DNA of 62,960 bases, filler included, from Licmophora abbreviata (Eukaryota), in NCBI GenBank assembly GCA_900291995.1. It is 11 parts of 11 records of this genome, joined end to end, with 100 filler letters (N's around TTAATTAATTAA, not from the genome) between each part and the next. Parts side by side here need not be neighbours in the genome. Positions count along the whole stretch, not along the records: positions 38,848 to 42,382 come from OLMU01004595.1; positions 42,483 to 54,937 come from OLMU01004596.1; 9 more parts are not named here. One strand, 5' to 3'. Below are positions 38,748 through 49,474 of this stretch, one piece after another; the stretch's first letter is position 1; each line of letters begins with the position of its first letter. The translations under genes and the position numbers were made by a program. Below the pieces are notes generated by a model. The model worked only from the letters and a program-made list of their open reading frames with translations. It was not told the origin of the DNA and did no database searches.

Positions 38748-38847
38748 NNNNNNNNNNNNNNNNNNNNNNNNNNNNNNNNNNNNNNNNNNNNTTAATTAAT
38801 TAANNNNNNNNNNNNNNNNNNNNNNNNNNNNNNNNNNNNNNNNNNNN

Positions 38848-40071
38848 GGGACTAGTCAAAGTTCTGCCCGGCAGCGCTCGACTGATTCCGTCTCTTTGCC
38901 TCTTGAGTCGTTAGGACTCGTCCTCACCGCAAAAATTCGCTCCACGCGCCGCTTTTATCGTCGCGCCATCATCACTCTCATCATCATTGGCTGCAAACGC
39001 CTCGTTGCCAGTCGTGCCTTTTCACTGCCAGCGGTCCGCCCAATCACTCGACTTGGGCGTACACTACCGGTGATCATAGATGCACGAAAGACACGGAGAG
39101 AAATGAGCAACGCCCCGAAAAAGAGAGCTGCAACGCCCGACGACGATAGTCATGTGGACTTGACGGGAGACAGCAGCAACGACGAAAAGTCACCTTCCGT
39201 CTCAGCTAGAAAGCCGGCCAAACAGGCGAAACGCGCCCCTCTGCGTTCTGTAGAGTGCGGTATTGTCTCATACAATATATGGTTTGATCAGCGGCACCAG
39301 GCGAGACGTATGGAGGCTGTAGGCCAAGCTATCCTGACGGATCCGCCTCACCTTGTCGGCCTGCAAGAAGTCACTGCGCCGCTGGCAATCACGCTGTTCC
39401 CCATCTTGGAGTCGGTGGGATACCAGATTATACAGCAAGACGAAATTCAGGGATTTTATGGGTGTGCCATGGCGATGAATGTAGACACTGTCAAGTCGTC
39501 TGGCTTCCAAGCGTTTCCGAACTCCATGCAAGCCAGGGGTCTTCTGTGGGCCGTGGTTGAGATCGATGGTCTCGAACTCCTGTTTGCGACCACCCACCTC
39601 GAGTCGTTTGTACCAGGTAACCCTGGAGCTTCGCAACGAGAGGAGCAGGCCGTTTTCTGGACATCGTTTGCTGAACAGAAGTTTAGAAGCTTGCCGAATC
39701 TCTCTGGAGCGGTTTTAGTTGGTGATCTGAACTGGGATGACGAGCGACCGCGGTCCAAAGGGCAAAATCGGCCACTGTTATCGCTCATCGGAGAGGACAA
39801 GTGGACGGATGCATGGAAAGACCACAATCCTCACGATGAAGGCTACACCTATGACGGAAGACTCAATCCTATGATAGGAGGCATACGTCGCAGACTTGAT
39901 CGGTGCCTCATTCGTGCCAACACTCCTGTCACTGTGGAAGAAGCGGAGCTCATCGGCAGGGGAGTCATTCCAGGTCTCGAGTACAATGGAAAGCCTGTGC
40001 TCCCAAGTGATCACTTCGGCCTACGAGTTCAATTGCGATTTCGAACGTCAAATGATGTGATAAAACGCTAG
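38848..40071 (+). CDS. TDP2: Tyrosyl-DNA phosphodiesterase 2-like EEP family protein (first ATG at 39103; frame open back to the gap)
   Basis: SYNIW, GLQEV, F.NS.Q.R.L, ATTHLES, GDLNW, GYTYD...N.M, RLDR, PSDHFGL. Confidence 0.85.
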   Translation, partial: GTSQSSARQRSTDSVSLPLESLGLVLTAKIRSTRRFYRRAIITLIIIGCKRLVASRAFSLPAVRPITRLGRTLPVIIDARKTRREMSNAPKKRAATPDDDSHVDLTGDSSNDEKSPSVSARKPAKQAKRAPLRSVECGIVSYNIWFDQRHQARRMEAVGQAILTDPPHLVGLQEVTAPLAITLFPILESVGYQIIQQDEIQGFYGCAMAMNVDTVKSSGFQAFPNSMQARGLLWAVVEIDGLELLFATTHLESFVPGNPGASQREEQAVFWTSFAEQKFRSLPNLSGAVLVGDLNWDDERPRSKGQNRPLLSLIGEDKWTDAWKDHNPHDEGYTYDGRLNPMIGGIRRRLDRCLIRANTPVTVEEAELIGRGVIPGLEYNGKPVLPSDHFGLRVQLRFRTSNDVIKR

Positions 40072-40115
40072 ACTAGACACGTATTTCGTAACGACCAGGT
40101 ACTATCTGTTGAGAT

Positions 40116-42843
40116 CTACTGAATCAGCTGATGGAGAGCTTGAAGCTTTTCCTCTGGCGACTGCAACGTGTTGAATGGGAGCCGACGAAACTTGCCTATG
40201 AACTCCGAGTCTTCGGAAGTCCCATCATCTCCGACTCGCTTCTTCTTTCTATAGTCAAAGTTCTCAAGGTGCTTCGCCTTTCGTTTCGCGTCGTCAATTA
40301 CCGTCTTTGGAACGTTGGCCATCTCTGCGACCTGGATGCCGAAGCTCTCCAAGCATGGACCGGGACGGACCTCGTACATGAAAGTTAATCCATTCACTCC
40401 GTCTGAGGCGGCAGTGACATGGCAGTTCTTGACAACGGCTTCCTCTTCTTCCAAAACTGTCAACTCATGGAAATGCGTGGCAAAGACTGTCATGCAACCA
40501 ATGCGCTGAATGATGTACTCAGAGATGGCGGTGGCCAGTCCAAAACCGTCGAACGTTGATGTACCGCGTCCGAGTTCATCGATAATGATGAGGCTGCGCT
40601 TCGTCGCCGTGCGAAGAATGGACGACGCTTCCAACATCTCGGCCATGAACGTAGAAATACCGCGATCTTGAGCGTCGCCAGCCCCCACGCGAGCGAGAAT
40701 GTGGTGGACAATGTTGATCTTGGCGGACGTACAGGGGACGTAGGAGCCAATCTGCGCAAGTGTGACAATGGCTCCAAGAGCCCGAATGTATGTAGACTTG
40801 CCGCCCATGTTAGGACCTGTGACGAGCAAGAAGGAGGATTCACCGAAGACGAGCCGAACATCGTTAGGGATGTACTCGATAGAATCTTGAAGCTCTACGC
40901 AGGGATGACGGGCATCCTTGAGCTGCGACGCAAGGTCAGAAACAAGACAGAGCTGTGTGAAAAAATCTGGGACTGGCGTTGCGGTTACAATCCCACAGCA
41001 CGACTTACCTCAATGCCCATGCCGTCATCCTCGCTATCAGTTAGTTCCGGGCGGCAGTAGCCGGTAGAACTATAGGCTGCCATGTGAGCCAATGCGCAGA
41101 TAACGTCCAATTCGGAAACAAGCGATGCACAGCGTTCAAGTACCGGCACATATGTTGATGCCACGTTCATGGCGTCGGATACAATGTTGCGCTGATGTTT
41201 GTCGTACTCGTCCATCAAGTCTTGTTTCCTGCTGCCAAGCTGGCGGAGCTCCTTCGTCGAGAAATAGACTCCGTTCTTGAGAATGCGATGCATCTTGACG
41301 TGCCCAAAATTGGACTGAAGGAGTTTAGAGTCGTTTGTACTAGGCAAACGGAACTGTAAAGTGTCGTCACTAGACTCCTCCAATCGCACTTGTCCAACGG
41401 GCTGTCCGCTCGCGTCCGCCCACTGCTGATTCATTTCATCGTGGCACTCTTGTAGATCTTGTTCGACCACGGCAAGCTCTCTCTTGACTTCCTCCATTTC
41501 GGGGCTAAAACTTGCTTTCACCATGAACTGACGAGGCGCCTCCTCCATGTCTAACACAGCTTCAACCAACTGTATAGAGCCGTTGAGCTCGCTCAGCGAT
41601 TTCTGAAGACCTTGCTTGAAGGAGAGCAACAGAGAGTTGTCGCTCTGATCCTTTGGGTCCTCCACGTCGTTCAGCGCCTCGAATAACACAGGCACCTGCT
41701 GATGTGCTAGCAGGTACAACTTGTATAAGGAAGAAAGAGCCTTGCTGGTTGGGCCCACAACTTCTGTCGCGTAGGATGCCAAATGTCCCCCGAGCGCGTC
41801 AATATCCACGCCCGCCAGTCCGGCTAGACCTTCGTCGCGCAATCGATCACGACCCAGCCCTTGTCCCACCAGAGTGGCAACGGCATTTTGACGCTGCAGA
41901 ATCTTGTCGAGCTCTACCAGTGGCTGTCGCAGCCAGACCAAGAGCGTGCGAGCCCCCATCTTGGTGACACAGTGAGGCTTCAGAATACCATACAGACTGT
42001 TATTTTCCGGGCGTCCTCCCACGACACTGGTCATGCCGGCATTGGGCGGTGGCAAGAGATGAATCGCCTCGCTAGCCGTACGATCCAAGACCAAATGGGA
42101 GGATAAAACGCCCCCGAGAAAGTCGCAGGTGTTTTGAGTTGCATCCGTTCGTCCCGATGCACCTTGACCGTAGAGCAAGAGCGCCAGTGATTTCTGAACA
42201 ATTTCGTCCAATACACTGCCACGGTACGAGAGAAAGGCCGTCTCGCCCAGGACATGTTGAAGAGTATCTTCGAGCTCATTGTGAGCCGGAAGCTGAGCAT
42301 GAACGTGGACCAGCGTTTCGTTGGTGGCTGAATCATCGAGCGTGATCGTAGAGGTAAGGTCGGTGCGAGAGGAAATGACGTTNNNNNNNNNNNNNNNNNN
42401 NNNNNNNNNNNNNNNNNNNNNNNNNNTTAATTAATTAANNNNNNNNNNNNNNNNNNNNNNNNNNNNNNNNNNNNNNNNNNNNAAAGAAAGAAGAGTAGTG
42501 AGTATCTGCGGTTCCACGGCGTGTCTGAATCGAGACCTTGTGTCTCTCTCACCTGTGCCCGCTCGGTACAGCCGAGGTGCACCACCGAGAGGGGCGCCAG
42601 ACGTGTGAGAAGTGCGTCAAGGTGGGTATACTGTCGTCGGTCGTCCCAGAAATTCCAGTGCTGGACCGTCCACTGAAGCGTGTCGTCCGGACCGGTACGC
42701 GAACGAGGAATCTGCGCAGCAACAGCAATGCGGACTTGAGGCGAATGCTGAGAAGATTTCAAAGCTAAATTCGCAGTGTTGGCCTTGAGATCCACAACGA
42801 CCGACACGGCCGTCGTTCGCAACACGGAATTTTCCTCCGACAT
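40116..42843 (-). CDS. MSH2: DNA mismatch repair protein MSH2; intron 40923-41008; spans gap 42383-42482
   Basis: [25 protein letters not shown]...[71 protein letters not shown]. Confidence 0.93.
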
Positions 42844-42998
42844 CACAAAAGGCGCAGAAAGGAAGCAGAAATGAGTATCCACAATGGCGGCGAGGAGGTG
42901 TGTGTGTGTTGTGCAAATTTTGAAGCGACCATGTTTGACGAGACGCGCGTTCTTCTTCGATCTTCAATCTGTCAGGATGCGCGTGCGAGCTCGAAAAA

Positions 42999-43006
42999 TT
43001 TGGCGC
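42999..43006 (+). promoter_or_regulatory. E2F-type element TTTGGCGC upstream of MSH2
   Basis: Exact TTTSSCGC match about 155 nt upstream of the MSH2 ATG in a short divergent promoter. Confidence 0.35.
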
Positions 43007-43171
43007 GGCCCGCCCGTCGCGGATGATTTTTTGCGTGACAAGAAGGTCTCACAAAAATGGCGAAGCCGGCGCGCACGTCTCGATTCCAGAAAATTGAACG
43101 GCGACAAAATGGTTCATCGCTGCTGCTGAACCCACCAGGAACGTGAAACATGGTTAAATGATCCTGGTCAA

Positions 43172-44185
43172 ATGAGGCAGGATGCAGTCTACTGGGTCTT
43201 CGGGTGTGTATTTCTCATCTTTCTGTTCAGTGGTCTTGCAACGACGAATCGCATCGTCTCAAACCCTGTTACGATTACCTACGGCACACACCAGGCCGGA
43301 AGTCTCCTGAGCACTACCACGATTGCAAGAGCGCTACCACCCCAGAGTCGGTTCTTTGACTGCTCTCACCCTGATGCTGCCTGTCATTGGCTCCGTCCAT
43401 CCGAGATTCACCTGAATGATAGTCGTCTGTGTACGAATCTCGCGTATCCACGCTATCACACTTTGTCATGGGACAGTGGCTGCTCGAACGAAAATGTGTC
43501 ACCGCTCACCAGCATGACCTACTTTAAAGTATTGAAAGCCGGATCGACAACTATGACGCACACATTGCATACCCTGGAAACCACTTTGGAACAGGAGGGG
43601 TGTCAAGTCTCTGTTGACACTCGACCCTTACGAGATCGCTCGGGCAAAGTGACAAACGCTCATTTAGAGGCCATTGCGCGTGATCAGAAAGACAACCCAC
43701 AGAATCATGTCATTCTTGCAGTACTGAGAGATCCTGTAGAACGCTTTCTGTCTGCCCTGGGACAGGCTATGCTTATGAAGGATAGCGCAGAGCGGTTGCA
43801 TTCTCAGTGCGGGAAACATTTGTCGGACAAGTCACGTCTTGTCCAATGTGCCCTAAATCTACTCTCTACGGCGACACGCTCGTATGCGGAGGTAGAAGCT
43901 CATCTATGTCCCCAGGCAGCACAGCTCCTGACGAATGTTCCTGTACACGTGGCTGCCTGGGACATGTCTGATTTGCCTTTGATACTCCAGCACCTGGCGC
44001 CCGCGTACTCAACCCATCACGCGAGGGATCGATCCCAAGAAACCTACAGTCACAGTCAGACATTAGCTACTCTGAGAGCTAAGGACTTGTCACGAGAGGC
44101 TGTCGACACGATTTGCGAATTGTATCAGGTCGACGTCGCATTGCGGCACAGTATTGGCATGACAAATGGTTGGTGTGACGTATGA
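43172..44185 (+). CDS. Golgi-type (type II membrane) sulfotransferase, Sulfotransfer_2-like
   Basis: N-terminal TM; 5'-PAPS motif YFKVLKAGSTT; 3'-PAPS motif LRDPVERFLSA; H..PQ; C-terminal LY..D. Confidence 0.8.
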   Translation: MRQDAVYWVFGCVFLIFLFSGLATTNRIVSNPVTITYGTHQAGSLLSTTTIARALPPQSRFFDCSHPDAACHWLRPSEIHLNDSRLCTNLAYPRYHTLSWDSGCSNENVSPLTSMTYFKVLKAGSTTMTHTLHTLETTLEQEGCQVSVDTRPLRDRSGKVTNAHLEAIARDQKDNPQNHVILAVLRDPVERFLSALGQAMLMKDSAERLHSQCGKHLSDKSRLVQCALNLLSTATRSYAEVEAHLCPQAAQLLTNVPVHVAAWDMSDLPLILQHLAPAYSTHHARDRSQETYSHSQTLATLRAKDLSREAVDTICELYQVDVALRHSIGMTNGWCDV

Positions 44186-44673
44186 ACGACTGATGAGAGG
44201 TCTGCATATTGGATAGCAAGCGTTTATAGATTGCCTGCACCCACCGGGAAGAAGAGTAGAGACAGTTTCAGCAGCAGTGGTCTAGAATTTATATTTTTGG
44301 ACGCCTGGCTCAGCAGTTCAGCCTACCTGGTACCGATATCGTCATACTTACACAACGATCGGCTAACCCGGCAAACGGAAGCTCGACGTGTCTGTCCGTG
44401 TTGTATTACAATGATATTAGAATTTGTATATTGGATATGAGAATTGTCAGTTCAATCGAAGCCTCGTGGATCTATAAAACAGTAAAATCTGAGTACCGCT
44501 CCACTGACACCCGGCCGGGTGTGATCTTCCCCGCGTTCTAAACTCTCCCGTGATGAGGCCGAGTGACTCTTATGAAGGTCACACCTTCCTCTGCTCATGA
44601 GCCGACAAAGAATGACAATGGGTGTCGTCGCCGTTGCAAGTTAATGTTGATAGGCCAAGAAGGAAAAGACACC

Positions 44674-46448
44674 ATGGACGAAACGAGGAACATCAATGTC
44701 GAAGACAATTCGATCCATCCAATCAAAGCCTCGTCATCTCCTAGTAGGGCGGAACGCCTGCAAGAGATCATAAACAAGAATACGCGATCGCCTCTGCCGG
44801 ATGCCACGAAAGCTAAGGCAGGACTTGCGAGCCCCAGGAGTGACCGCGATTTCTCCGATGCCATCGCTTCTCACTTTTCAATGGCCTTCGATGCACTGGG
44901 TGGACTCACGGACAGCCTGTTCCCGTCTGAAGAGAGCACCGTCAAGGAGGTGAACAAAGACTCTGTGTTGAACACTACCACCTCCACGGTCAACACTGAA
45001 CACGACGTGGATCGATTACTCCAGGATGAGACTTTCGAGTCAGCTGGGAGCAGTATCCCGACGCTGCCAGACAGTAGCACCGAGATGTCTTCCCTGATCT
45101 CCACCGATGTTCACCGCCCCGTCCCGACTCCTACCTCTTCGATAAACGCGAGCTCGCCTGCTTATTCTGATGATGAAGAAGGAACGAAACGATCAGTTCC
45201 CATGGCTCGTATGAGGAAAGAGGAAAAGACTGATCGATCAGGCGTCACAAAAAATACTGGCGTGTCAATGACGAACATTCCCACTGCAAATACTGTTAGC
45301 CCAGCAGCCGAGGAGCTCATTGGTGACGAAGTCGTCGCAGAGAAACACCGCAAGTGGCGGCGCCAGATCCGGGAACGCCGCCGTCGACAACAGGCGCGAC
45401 GGGGTCTCTTGCTGTGTGGTGCAGCTCCTCCTTCGCAGGGACCAGCAGATGTCATCAATAGCTTGATTGGCGAACCGGGGCGAACTTGCTGTTCTGTAGC
45501 CGATGTCCTCTACGACTCTTCATCATCAGGTGAATCGGACTACACACGGGAGTCGTCCTGTACGGACGAATCGAGTGAGACGGAAGACAGCGAAGCGGAT
45601 TCGGTGCCAACGCCACGAAAGCCTTCAGAAGATAGGCAATCATCGGCTGTGAGGGCGCAAGTGATTGCACCTGACGAAATACCGACTCTCGAGAATGAAG
45701 GGCAGCGCAACCCACTGAGAAAACCTGCCCCCGAGAAGGGAGCGCTGCGCAAGCCATTTGTGATAACAGACAGGAACTTCATCAAGGAGTTCATTGTGGT
45801 AAGTTTGCGCCTTGACTCATCTGTGTTTTGCACGGCATGATTGTGACTCGAAACTCACTTTTCACTGATTGGCCCACGTCTACCACAAAGCAAACCTCCT
45901 CAAAGGGCATTTCACTTATTTGGCATCAGCCTGAATCGACCTCGCACGCAGCATCTACCAGTGTCAATGCGAAGCTGAAATTGGGAGCGTCTCGGCCTGA
46001 CGGGGGCTTCGACGGTCCTCATTTCGTGTGGTATCCCGAAGGAACCGCCGGAAGCAGAGGAGGCAGCATTGATCTTTTTGACATTCAGTCCCTTGAAAAG
46101 GTATCCCCCCTTGAACTAGAGGCATATCCGTTCGCCATACCTGGCAACAGCTTCGTCATCTCGTTGAGTAGCAGCGCGAGCTTTGTTTTCGAAGCCAACA
46201 GCGACTCGGAAGCTCGTCGCATTATTCACGGTCTGCGATGGGTCGTTGCGAGACTTGCTTTCAATCTTGTTATTGGGAACCAGGACGTTAGCTGCGAATT
46301 GTTGTCGGTTCCCATTGAAACTCGTAAACGTGGAGGACGCCGTGAATCGCCCCAGAGTCTACTCGAAGAAATCGCGTCGTCTCGAGCCATGGACGAAGTT
46401 ACCAACCTGCTAGTGGACAAATCAGTCATTGTTGCTAGCGACGATTGA
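44674..46448 (+). CDS. Hypothetical protein, disordered N-terminus plus C-terminal PH-like domain; intron 45799-45890
   Basis: Phase-0 GTAAGT...AAAG intron joins the ORFs; IDL.DI..L ... SFVI ... FVFEA.S..EA...I.GLR pattern is PH-like. Confidence 0.6.
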
Positions 46449-46475
46449 GCCGACGATAAACATTTGGATTTTCCA

Positions 46476-47831
46476 TTACGCTATACCTGATTTGTATTCC
46501 GTGAAGCGCCTTGGATTCTGGGCCACCTTGCCAAGGTCTAACTGTTCACCATTTTCTAGCTTCTTCTCCAGCTCAATCAGCGTGGCAACGCCATGTATCA
46601 TGATGTTAATGAGCTGCACCTCACTTTTTCCAAGCCGCTCTGCATTGGCAATGTCAAAGATGCCCGTATACCGATCATCACTGCTCCCATAACTATTGCG
46701 AATATCCAGACGAAGTCGTTTTACAAGATCCGAAAAGCCTGGCTGTCGTCCGAGGCGCACCAACTTGACGTAGACACTGGCTCTCAGTGCTGTACCCAGG
46801 TTTGTCGGACAAGTATTGACAAAGCCTAGACGCTTGTTGTAAGCAAACTCATGTCCTCGCTTGCGCAATGAAACTTCGAGGGCGCGCGATGTTTTGGAAA
46901 GATCGGTGAATATATTGTGAAGATCACCACCCTTCCGTGTGACAAGAATCCTCATATGATCTTCATCGTTGCACCAGATCATGACAGTGGGTGTCTTTTT
47001 CCACTCGTTGCAATAGACCCCACGTCCATCCGGCCAATCCCGGCCGATGCCAGCATAAATTTTCCACTCGCTGGGATCGTAGAATAGCAAGTGTCGTCGT
47101 ACCAAATCATTGTGCGTGTCGTTGGTCATGTCATACATGGACACATACTTGCCATCTCCACCGAGTAATTCGTCATCCTTCCAGTCATCCACGCAGTCCT
47201 TCATAAGCTCTTCCAAATAGCGACGATCGGCCCGAGAAATGGCGGGTGCGAAGGGAAACCCTTCGATCGACCTTGCTACGCGCATGCGTGTCAAGAGAAT
47301 GTAGTCTCCCGTCGGGTCGGGACGTTGCGACAACACAAATTCAGGATTCAGATTGGTTGAATGTCTACGCAGCGCAGTAGGAACTCGCTTGATCCCGGCC
47401 TTCTTGGGTCCATGATCACGTTCGGTTCCATGGTACTCAGCAATCATCGGATCCAACAGGGGAGCAAAGACCTGGTAGGATTCCGCGTCGCCGACATAGA
47501 CTCCGATCCCTCTTGGTGGATCTGCCCCAAGAGGTAAGGAAACACCACATTGAATGATATCCTCTAAAGTGACTCCATTTGAGGTTTGATTCTTGTACAG
47601 CAGCTCGTATATTTCAGGCGTCAGATGTTGTTTCAGGAGAGACTTGTTGCCATGACGTGTGAAGTTTGGATACGAATTTTGTTTGCTCCGTGTCTTGCGC
47701 AAGCTGCTGGAAGGTTCGCATTGTGTTTTGGCTTCCGATTGTTCTTCCCTTAGTAGTAGAGATTGTATGGATAGCAATGAAGCAGCGCCCAGAACGCCCT
47801 GAGATACACGCCGAACGCTGGTTGACGCCAT
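46476..47831 (-). CDS. Phosphagen (ATP:guanidino) kinase, arginine/creatine kinase family
   Basis: GDAESY.VF..L.DP.I..YH, TRMRVARS, RDWPDGRG, WCNDEDHMR, LGF..TCPTNLGTALRASV, DIAN.ERLGKSE. Confidence 0.93.
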   Translation of the reverse strand: MASTSVRRVSQGVLGAASLLSIQSLLLREEQSEAKTQCEPSSSLRKTRSKQNSYPNFTRHGNKSLLKQHLTPEIYELLYKNQTSNGVTLEDIIQCGVSLPLGADPPRGIGVYVGDAESYQVFAPLLDPMIAEYHGTERDHGPKKAGIKRVPTALRRHSTNLNPEFVLSQRPDPTGDYILLTRMRVARSIEGFPFAPAISRADRRYLEELMKDCVDDWKDDELLGGDGKYVSMYDMTNDTHNDLVRRHLLFYDPSEWKIYAGIGRDWPDGRGVYCNEWKKTPTVMIWCNDEDHMRILVTRKGGDLHNIFTDLSKTSRALEVSLRKRGHEFAYNKRLGFVNTCPTNLGTALRASVYVKLVRLGRQPGFSDLVKRLRLDIRNSYGSSDDRYTGIFDIANAERLGKSEVQLINIMIHGVATLIELEKKLENGEQLDLGKVAQNPRRFTEYKSGIA

Positions 47832-48178
47832 CGTCGAGTCTAGAGTCGGAAGATTTGAAGATGTTGAACGCTTTTTCGCCAGAAACGGGCAACATCCGGG
47901 TTGTGCGATATAACCCGGAGAAGTTCAAGAAGCTGTTTTGGCCAATGCTTATGCCATAAATAGAAATGTCGCACTTTCGAATCACGTGGTCACATCGACA
48001 GACATCGAACCAACCTGTCCACGTATGTCTTAGTATTACTTCTACGACGTTCACTCAGCTTTCCTTTTTCCCTGTGGAGAGTATACCAGAGCCTACGGAA
48101 GCAGCGACAGGAACACGCTGACAGCAAAACCCTCAAGCATTTCCTCCGACTTCACTTCCCGCAGCGTCATCGTCGACC

Positions 48179-48829
48179 ATGAGGATGATGACTGTAGCGG
48201 CGGAGCACGCCGCCAAGCACAACCCACAGCACCGACGGAAGGTATCTGATGAACAACAGATTCGATCGAGACTTTTAAATCGACTAGGAATTTACGATGC
48301 GCCCCGAGGAGCGCTCATCAGCGAAGCCACGACCGCTGCTCAGACACGTCGCCTACGTATTCTGCGAGGCATGGGGGTCGGCTATCATTTGCGCCCCACG
48401 GCTCCCCCAGACGGCTGTGCATCGCGTCCTCCACTAGGAGGTGTGACTCCGTATCCAGAGAAATTGAAATTTGGAGCGGAAACACTGGCGGCGTCAAAGA
48501 AGAAGAAGAAGACTTCGTCGACTCGCATAGCCTTTGACGACGAAGTTTCGGTGATTCCAATTCCTATGCGCACGGAGTATTCGGATCGTATTCGGTCTCG
48601 CATCTGGAGCAATCGTTATGAGCTCCACGAGAATGCACAAAGAAATGCTATGGAGTTCGCGGCAGAAGGCTGGGACTGGCGCAAAGTGACGGAGGACGAC
48701 GGCATGTATATTTGCTCCGTCTCGGGAGAGCTCGTCCATCCTGTCCACTGCCAACACCTTGTCGCAGAATCTGATGACGATGAAGGAATCGGCGTGTCAC
48801 TGGAGCGAGGGAAGCCTGCTCATGAATAA
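48179..48829 (+). CDS. Conserved-looking hypothetical protein with RVxF-like motif
   Basis: [17 protein letters not shown]...IWS...NA.RN..EF..EGWDWR.V.ED..M pattern in a clean ORF with ATG. Confidence 0.65.
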   Translation: MRMMTVAAEHAAKHNPQHRRKVSDEQQIRSRLLNRLGIYDAPRGALISEATTAAQTRRLRILRGMGVGYHLRPTAPPDGCASRPPLGGVTPYPEKLKFGAETLAASKKKKKTSSTRIAFDDEVSVIPIPMRTEYSDRIRSRIWSNRYELHENAQRNAMEFAAEGWDWRKVTEDDGMYICSVSGELVHPVHCQHLVAESDDDEGIGVSLERGKPAHE

Positions 48830-49474
48830 ATTGGATGTAAACTGTGCTATCTGGAGAAACTGTAGAAAGGACGTGCCCCGCAAAGATGAGTCGAGTCATG
48901 TACATAACTGATGCGGGGCTCGAAAGAACAAGAATTCTTGCAAGTGGAGATGCTGATGTATAAAGGCTAAATAGCATGTGAAACAAGCCCTAATAGCTAC
49001 TGAACTTTATTATTGAAAGTGAACTCGAGGGCATGATTAGAGAATGATTGCTAGTCAAGAGGGGGGGGGGCGGCAAGGAGCCGTCTTTGCTGATCGGCCC
49101 ACGGTCACATCCTGCGGGAACACACTTGAAGTACATCCTCCACGTAGACTCGTGTATGCATCGTACGAACTTTTGAGGTCTTAACTGATGCGCGATCTTC
49201 CATATGTAAAATTTGACGTCACATGAGGTTCGTCGTAATGTATCATAGAGTGGTCGTGCGTCAGTCTGACTTTCCAAGCTAGCGATTTCGATAGTACTGA
49301 AACAGATTCATTCTCCCCAAAAAAGATGTTTTGGACTCAAATGTTAAAATTTGGCGGGAAACTTCATCGCTTGACGCGGAAGATGTCAATCTCAGGCTCA
49401 CTGCAGCCCACAACGCGATATTGAATCCTGCTGTCGAGGGTTTGTAAGAACAGAATTAAAAGGATACATCGGCC

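Noticed and set aside
40116..42843. Idea that a defective MSH2 caused the homopolymer frameshifts
   Set aside because: MSH2 ATPase motifs are intact, and five disruptions in about 38 genes is better explained by sequencing error
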